A DNA stretch of 64,000 nt from Cyanophora paradoxa CCMP329 (Eukaryota > Plantae > Glaucophyta): contig QPMI01000445.1 of assembly GCA_004431415.1 (NCBI GenBank), positions 1 through 64,000 on the forward strand, written 5' to 3'. The notes below the pieces were generated by a model that was not told where the DNA came from, searched no databases, and worked only from the letters and a program-made list of their open reading frames with translations. Numbering within the stretch: position 1 is the stretch's first letter; every line of letters begins with the position of its first letter. This document shows positions 56,701 to 64,000 of this stretch, one piece after another. The translations under genes and the position numbers were made by a program.

Positions 56701-59700
56701 CCGCCCACGCCCGAGCACCACTGCAGCAAGACCTGCAGCCTCGTCTCCTTCTGCGGGTGCGCCGCCCCGCCGCCCCGCCGCCGCAGCGCCCGCCTTTCGC
56801 CGCCGCGGGCGCGTCTCTGACGTCGACCCGCAGCGACGGCATCCGCAACGAGAAGGAGCAGTGGTAGCGCCCGCCCGGCCCGCGCCGCCTATGCCTCGCC
56901 CCGTTGCTGACGGCGCGGCCGGCAGCGACGACGGCGCCCGCAACGGGACGGAGTCGAGCCACTGCTCCGGCTCCTGCACCGTCCTCGACTTTTGTGCGCC
57001 CCCGCCGCCGCGCACCCTCGCCCCGTCAAGGTCCCACGCTCACGCTCACGCCCCGCCCCGCCCCGCGCAGGCGGCGACGGCAAGGTCGACGCGGGCGAGG
57101 CCTGCGGTGCGCTCGCCCGCTCGCCCGCAAGCACCCGTCCCGCCCCGCTCACCGGCTTCGCCTGCAGACGAGGGCCCCCTGAACGGGGCGCCGCCGTCGA
57201 TGGACAGCCACTGCAGCGCGGAGTGCTCGATCGTCTTCTTCTGCGGCGACGGCGCCGTGAACGGGCCGGAGGAGACGTGCGACCTCGGCCTCCGCAACGG
57301 CGCGCCCGGCTCGACCTGCAGCGCCACCTGCCGCACCATGGACTTCTGCGGGTGCGCCCTCGAGCCGCGCGCGCCCCGCGCCCCGCCCCTGACGCCCCCC
57401 GCCCGCCAGCGACGGGCGCGTCTCGGCCGGCGAGCAGTGCGGTGCGCGGATGTGCTGCGGCGCGGCCGGCGCCGGCCGCGGGCGCTGACGAGGGGCGGCA
57501 GACGACGGGGTCATCAACGGGCAGGCGGGCGCCAAGTGCTCGGCCACCTGCACCGTCCTCCCCTTCTGTCCGCCCCGGCCGACCCCGCCCGCCATCCCGC
57601 CCGCCCGCCCCTCACCCGCCGGCCAGGCGGGGACGGGAACCGCGACTCGGGCGAGGCGTGCGACGACGGCCGCAACAACGGCCACTCGCCCCCGACCGCC
57701 CAGTACCACTGCTCCGCCTCCTGTGCGCCGCCCCGGGCGGGGCCCCCGTCCTGCGAGGCTGACGCCCCCCCCCCCCCCCCCCCCCCGAAGGCACGATCGC
57801 GCCGTACTGCGGGGACGGCATCGTGTCGGGGGCCGAGTCGTGCGACAAGGGGATGAAGAACGGGCAGCCCAACTCGGGCTGCGACGCCTCCTGCGGCGTC
57901 CAGGACTACTGCGGGTGCGCCCCGCGCGGCTCGGCGCCTCGCCGGCGGGTTCCTGACTCCCGCGGCCGCCGCAGCGACGGCAAGATCGACGGCGGCGAGC
58001 AGTGGTCCGCCCCGCGCGCGCGCTCTCGTCTTCGGGGGTTTCGCTGACCGTGGACGCCCGCGCGCCCCTCAGCGACGACGGCGGCAAGAACGGGACCGAC
58101 TCCTCGTTCTGCAGCACCAACTGCGCCCTCATCCCGCACTGCGGCGACGGGGTCCGCCCCGCTCGCCCCTCGCCCCTCGCCCCGCTGCGCCCACCGCGAC
58201 TGCCGTGTGACCGCCTTCGCCGCCGCACAGAACCTGGACCCGAACGAGGAGTGCGGTGAGCGGCGCCGGACGCGCTCGCGGCTCGAAGGGACCGCCTGAT
58301 GCCCCGGCGCCCGCGCAGACGATGGCGACTGGAACGGGCGCACGCCGGCCACGCCGGCGCACCACTGCAGCGCCGAGTGCCGCAACGTGCCGTACCCCTT
58401 CTGTGCGCCCCCCCTCCCCTCCCCCCCCCCTCCTTCCCCTTCCCCGCGCGCTGGCGGCTAACCCGTCTCCTTCCCATTAGGCGGCGATGGCGTGGTGACC
58501 CACCCGGAGCAGTGGTGCGCGCTTCTTTAATGTCCAACTCTTGACTCTGCGGCACCTCTGAGGCGCCTCCCTCTCGCGCGGCAGCGATGACGGTGGCTAC
58601 AACGGCGGCTCGCCCACGAAGGAGCACCACTGCTCGCGCGACTGCGTCAAGGTCCCCTACCCGTACTGCGGGGACGGCAACATCGACGGGCAGCTCGGGG
58701 AGGAGTGGTGCGCGGCCCGCGCAACTGCTCTGAGAGAGAGCCCCTCTGACGCCGCGCCGCGCCCCGCAGCGACGAAGGCAGCTGGAACGGCCTCGCCCCC
58801 GCCACGAAGGAGCACCACTGCAGCGCACACTGTTCGTCCCCGCCCCGCCCCGTGCCGCTCCCGCGCACGCTGACAGCCGCCGTCCGCCGCGCAGGCCAGC
58901 CCGTGCCCTACCCGTACTGTGCGCGCCGCAACCCGTCCTGCGACCCGCCTGAAAACTAAGCGAGCCGACCTCCGGCAGGCGGGGACGGGAACCGGGACGC
59001 GGGGGAGGAGTGCGACAACGGCAGCATGAACGGGCACCTGAACGAGATCGGCGCCGGCTGCAACGCCAGCTGCCGCACCGTCGGCCCCAAGTGCGGCAAC
59101 GGCGTCGTGCGTGGCCCCCTCCCCGCCCCCGCCTCCGCCCCCGCCCTCGCCCGGCGCCGCGCCGACGGGCCTGGCAGGTGGAGCCGGTGATCGGGGAGGA
59201 GTGCGACATGGGCCTCTTCAACGCGTCGGACGCCGCCTGCTCGAAGCTCTGCAAGATGCAGCTGCCGCCCCCCGTGCGGCCCCCCGCCCGCCCGCCTCTC
59301 GTCGTTTTTGTGTGTGTCTCGCTCGGCCGGCTGACGCGCCAGCCGGCGGCGCCAGGGCTGCGGCAACGGCCTCTGGGAGTGCCCGGAGGAGTGTGACGAC
59401 GGCCCGCTCAACGGGACGAAACAGAGCGACTGCACCAAGTTCTGCACCAAGCTCGTCAGCGACTGCTGCGTGCCGACGCCGGCGGCGCCCTCGGCGGGGA
59501 GCGCGTACACGGACAACAGCGGGCTGAGCTTCACGACGGGGGCGCTGGGGGCGGGCACGGTCTCGTTCTCGCGCCCGACGGGGACGATCTCGATGAGCCA
59601 GCTGGACAGCGACGAGGCGCTCCTCGCGATGGCCGAGGGCGCCGCCGAGCTCACCTCGGCCCTCCCCTCGGAGGAGGGCGGCGAGGCGCACGCCCAGGGC

Positions 59701-59772
59701 GGCGAGGAGGGCGCCGAGCTCGACGCCGAGCTCGCCCTCTGGACCTGGGAGGTCGACGAGCGCGAGCTCTAG
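47780..59772 (+). CDS. Giant cysteine-rich repeat protein (Myxococcus Cys-rich/DUF4215-type repeats), extremely intron-dense; start uncertain
   Basis: About 45-50 spliced repeats of CGDG.VN...E.CDDG..NG..D.CT..C..P.C; ends with an acidic tail ...WEVDEREL*. Confidence 0.85.
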
Positions 59773-60665
59773 ACCCAGCCGCCCCCCGCGAGCTGCGCCG
59801 GCACGCTAGCCTCAGATGCGAGTGCATGCATTAATATTCCAGTCGTTCAGTAGTATTCAATCGCAAGTGAGTACAGCTCGCGATCGTGTTTTATTCAATG
59901 CCCACCAGAGTTTGCACATGAGTGTTTTCATCACTGCCACCGTGGCACACTTAGTCACAGACTAGAGTCATGGCATGGTCTCCGATGATCCGATGATCAC
60001 AATCAGTGAATCATGATCGATATATCATGATCATGATCATCGAGCTCGGCCGCGGGTTATGATCACGAGCTGTCCCCGATCGCAATCGCAAGCAGCCCCG
60101 GGCCCGATGATCATGATCCCACTAGCACCCGTCCCAGGCCTAGGACACGCTGAACGTTCCGAGTCGGATTGAGATCGAAATGGATTATAAGTTATCGAAC
60201 AAGTATACGTACAATAGCAAGTACTGCAATCCAAAATTGCGACCGTTATCTGACGAACGGAATTGCACGGGTCGCAACTCCGCGGACTACCAGACTAACA
60301 GCCTTCACTGTACGTGAAAGAATGCAAATGCAAAGCAAATTCACACTAGCAACCCTGTCTGGCTGCCTAATCCCACAAAAACAAATTTGTATAGCTCTTG
60401 AATGAAGTCCTACGCGAACTAACTTGTAACTACCCCATACTGAAGACTATCCTGAGTCTAGCACTAACAGCAACACGATGGGCGAGCAAAGCAAGCACTA
60501 GAGTATACGGAACGTCTCCGGCAGGAAAATTGCGGGGACGCTACCAATGAAAGAAGATTATTGTAAAGGGCGCAGGTCCGTGGCTCGGACGGGCGCGAAG
60601 TGTACAGCGAAGCCGAAAAAAGTAATTATGCGAGGGTCTCGAGGGGCGGGCGCGGGGCGCCGGGC

Positions 60666-62213
60666 TCACGACTGGTGGCCGTGGCCGTGGGGGCCGTGGG
60701 CGTGGTGGCTGTGGTTGAGGGAGATGACGGGGACGGTCACCGAGACGGCCTGGGAGGCCGAGGTGAAGGCGGGCGAGGCGGGCACGAGGTCCATCGCCGC
60801 GCCCTTCTCGATGTCGTTGCCGGCGTCCGACGACGAGCCCTGCGACGAGAGGCCCTTGCCGGCCGGCATCGTCACGGGGAGCTGCTGCTTGGCCTCCTTG
60901 GGCGCGAACTCGTAGCCGATGGCGAAGTAATTCCACGCGCCGACGAAGAGGCCGCCGCCCACGTAGTTGCCAAGCAGCGACAGGAAGAGGTTCTTGAAGA
61001 GGTCGCCCACCGTCACCTTGGCGCCCAGCCAGTAGCCCAGCGGGAGGAAGTACATCTGCGGCGACGCCCGTCAGCGCGGGCCTCGCGAGACCAAATTGAT
61101 CCGATGGCGCTGGCGCACGTTGGCGACGACGTGCTCGTAGGAGGACATGGCGAAGGTGGCGATGATGAACCAGATGGAGAGGATCTTGCCGGCCGCGTCC
61201 TCGCACGCGATGTTCGCCCAGACCGCCATGCAGACGAGGAAGTTGCAGCCGATGCCGCGGAAGAAAATCTCGTGCGCCGCCAGCTTGGCCGCCTTGGTCT
61301 CCACCAGGCCGGCGATGCCCGACTTCCACGGGTCCACGCTGAAGAGGCCCCCGAGGTAGCAGATGAAGTAGGCGTGCATCACGCAGCCCAGGAAGTTGGT
61401 GCAGAAAGTGATAATGCAGGCGCTGCGGAATCGGCGGGTTAGACAGACGACGGGCGCAGCGTGGACGGGACGCCGTGGGAGAGGGGCGAACCGGAAGCCG
61501 CCGAGGAGGTACCGCCAGCGCTGGCCCTTGTAGCGGGGCTTGGGCGGCTGGAGGAAGGCGGCCGTGCAGTAGCACATGTTGCCGGTCAGGAGGTCACCGC
61601 CAGCGACGACGATGAGGAGCAGGCTGGCCGGCCGGCACGGTCAGGTCGGCCGTTTCAAACGGGGCGAGGCGGGGCCGGGGCCGGGCTCACGCGACGGGGA
61701 AGAGGAGACCGAAGAGCAGCTTGACGGCTCCGGGCGAGGCCGGGGCGCCGCCGGGCAGGCTGGCCGTGGACAGGCCGTACGAGACCATGAGAGCACTGGT
61801 GCCGCCGAAGCCTGGCGGGTCCGCGCGTTAGATTTGAGACGCGCCGCGGCCCAGAAGTGAAAGAGGACATCGGCCGCTCGCACCGACGAAGATGCCACTC
61901 CCGATGCCGAGGAGAATGTATTGTATGAGCGGCTTCTTCATTTCGCTCTTGGCGTATCCAACGTTCACCAGCGTTTCCCATACCTGCGGCGGGCGACGGG
62001 CGGTCAGGGCTCGGCTCGAATTCTGTGTACGTATACGCGGAATCCTATGTGGCAGACGCGCGCGCGCGCGCGCGCGGCCGGCGCCGGCCGCGGCTTTGCG
62101 CTAAGAGAACGGGGATTCCGATCTGGCCCGGCGGGGAGCGCGGGCGCACGGCGGGGAGCGCGGGGGCAGCGCCCGGGGCGGCGGCGGACCTGCAGAGGCG
62201 TCTTGAAGCCCAT
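60666..62213 (-). CDS. Formate/nitrite transporter (FNT; FocA/NirC/NAR1 family), multi-exon
   Basis: GGDLLTGN, GIGCNFLVCMAVW, YEHVVANMYF, GNYVGG. Confidence 0.9.
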
Positions 62214-63403
62214 CTTGTCGACGCGTACGCGCGTGTGTGCACGTGCGGGTGCTTCGCGCAAGAAGCACGTGCTAGCTGGGATGGCGATGCTGGAACTTAA
62301 CTTCGCTGCTGCTGCTCTCCCGAAGGATGGCGAGCGAATGTCGGAATGAGCGATGGCGTGCGCCGTGCACCGTTTTTGAAGGCGATGGCGATGGCGCGAT
62401 CGGTCTCCCGCGTCAATAGCGCAAGAGCGGTTGTGACGCGTGACGCCTTGATCATGCAGCCTGCAGCAGCTGCAAACGGAGGTTGACACCTCCGCGTCAA
62501 GCTGTATGGCGCAAATGGGAACCGTTAGAAACCACCTGGGCTCCGGGTGAGTCACGCGATGGTTCGAAGACGCTTCGTCCGACTCGGCGCTCGAATTCCG
62601 CCGGCGCCGCTTTTGAGCGCTAGCACTGATCACGCCAGCGGGGTAAGTCGGCGCCGGTCCGGCGCCGCTTGCGCCATCGCTTGCGTGCGATCTGAGCCGA
62701 TCTCCTAGGTCACCGGATTGCTGTCCGGGATGATGCTGGATCTCTAGGTCCCGTGCGCGCCGCTTGGGTGCCGCCAAGCAGCGCGTGATGCGATTGATTG
62801 CTAGGTCGACCCTGTTTGCAGGTCGGCTTCAGTTTCATCTGATCATGATGATCCGAGCGCCTGAGTGCTGCGCCTCACTCCGTGCTGGATTTAAAGCGCC
62901 CCAGGGCCCGCGCGCGCGCCCGCCGCCGGCCCCCGCGCGCCGCGCGCGCCTTGTCAAGCTGTGCCCTAGCCTAGTACGTATACGTAGACTTCACTGCAGC
63001 TGACGGCGGCCCAGGCGTCGGCTGGCGGCGGTTATAGCTATATATATAGCTAGGCCTAGGCTTCATGATCGCCCCCGGACCGCCGCCCCGCGCGCCGGCG
63101 CGCGCGCGCGGCGCCTCGCGGCCGCCGGGCGGCCCGGCTCGGCGAGGGCCGGGCGCCGGCGGCCCAGCCTGGCGGATCCGGAGGCGCCGGCTCCACAGCC
63201 TCCCCCGGGCTGCAGCTAGCATCCGTTTGAACTAGCAACTGCAGCTAGCTGCAGCGTGACATGTCGCAAGGTGGCAATCCCAAGAAACGGCCACGGCTAC
63301 TACAGCCGCATCCCATAGTAGAACTAGGCAAGGGCTAGGCAGGGGCTCCGCGGCGGAAGCGCGGGGCCTCGTGGGGCCGGCGGCGGGGCCGGGGCGGCTG
63401 GCG

Positions 63404-64000
63404 CTACGGGCTGATGGCGTTCTCCTCGACGGCGCAGGCCGCGCAGTCCGCCTCCACCCGCAGCGCGCACCTGCCGCCCGCCCGCCCGCCGCCTGAGGCC
63501 GGCAGAGAAGGGGGCGGCCGTTGGGCGGGGCGCGCCCGCTGAAGGGCGGGAGCTCGGCGTCGTGGGGCCGCGCGCGGGGCGACGAGGGGCCGCCGACGGG
63601 GGCGCGGGGCCCCAGGCGGAAGAGCCGGTTGCGGGCGACGGCGCCCCCGGCGCGGTCGTGCACGTACACGCCGCAGCGCTGCGCAACCCCGCGCGGCGCC
63701 GCGTCGGCGGCCGGGGCGGCCTCGGGATGGGCCGGAAGGAGCGCGGGCGGGGCGGGCCTGGTCGTGGAGGGCGTTGGCGAGGAAGGCGGCGCGGGTGCCC
63801 TCGCCGCGGGCCTCGAGGGCGGCGCGCCCGCAGCCGAAGAGCTCGCACGCCTCCACCAACGCCCCCGCCCCCTCGTGCACCAGCACGCCCACCTGCGCCA
63901 CCCGTCGCCCGGCGCGCTGCCCCGGGCGGGGCGGGCGGGGCGGGGCGGGCCTGGGCGCCGTCGTGGATGGCGCAGTGGCGGACGGAGGCGTCGCAGCCGG
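63404..64000 (-). CDS. 3' end of a gene, probably a parallel beta-helix repeat protein
   Basis: GVLVHEGAGALVEACELFGC and GVYVHDRAGGAVARNRLF repeat pattern; truncated by the window edge. Confidence 0.45.
   Translation of the reverse strand, partial: PAATPPSATAPSTTAPRPAPPRPPRPGQRAGRRVAQVGVLVHEGAGALVEACELFGCGRAALEARGEGTRAAFLANALHDQARPARAPSGPSRGRPGRRRGAARGCAALRRVRARPRRGRRRPQPALPPGAPRPRRRPLVAPRAAPRRRAPALQRARPAQRPPPSLPASGGGRAGGRCALRVEADCAACAVEENAISP

Noticed and set aside
30283-59700. Many long overlapping Arg/Pro/Gly/Ala-rich ORFs in the ORF track
   Set aside because: These are artefacts of very high GC content (few stop codons); the real genes are spliced subsets.

Overview
Eukaryotic, very GC-rich, intron-dense protist or algal genomic DNA. 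Introns are short GT-AG, with some GC-AG. The style recalls the glaucophyte Cyanophora, but the host cannot be identified from the sequence alone. The window has two main parts. (1) An AT-rich 26.4-kb endogenous Polinton/Polinton-like virus at 1750-28161. It has ~816-bp terminal inverted repeats (TIRs) and a 6-bp target-site duplication (GGCGCA), and it is inserted into a coding exon of a host UPF1/DNA2-family SF1 helicase gene. It encodes an rve integrase, a protein-primed PolB with a degenerate proofreading domain, a GIY-YIG nuclease, an AEP primase-SF3 helicase, an A32 packaging ATPase, a short capsid protein, two pentons, a patatin lipase, a phage-like fibre cassette and an AdoMetDC-family decarboxylase. 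Each end forms a nested palindromic hairpin. (2) Host genes: Rpp40, an F-box protein, a giant cysteine-rich-repeat gene built from micro-exons, a formate/nitrite transporter and an unusual Dicer-like gene. The Dicer-like gene reads as UIMs + G-patch + platform/PAZ + active RNase III + catalytically degenerate RNase III + C-terminal Maelstrom/arenavirus-NP-like DEDDh exonuclease. This Dicer-exonuclease fusion is my best candidate for an undescribed system. All domain calls come from reading motifs by eye; no database searches were run.
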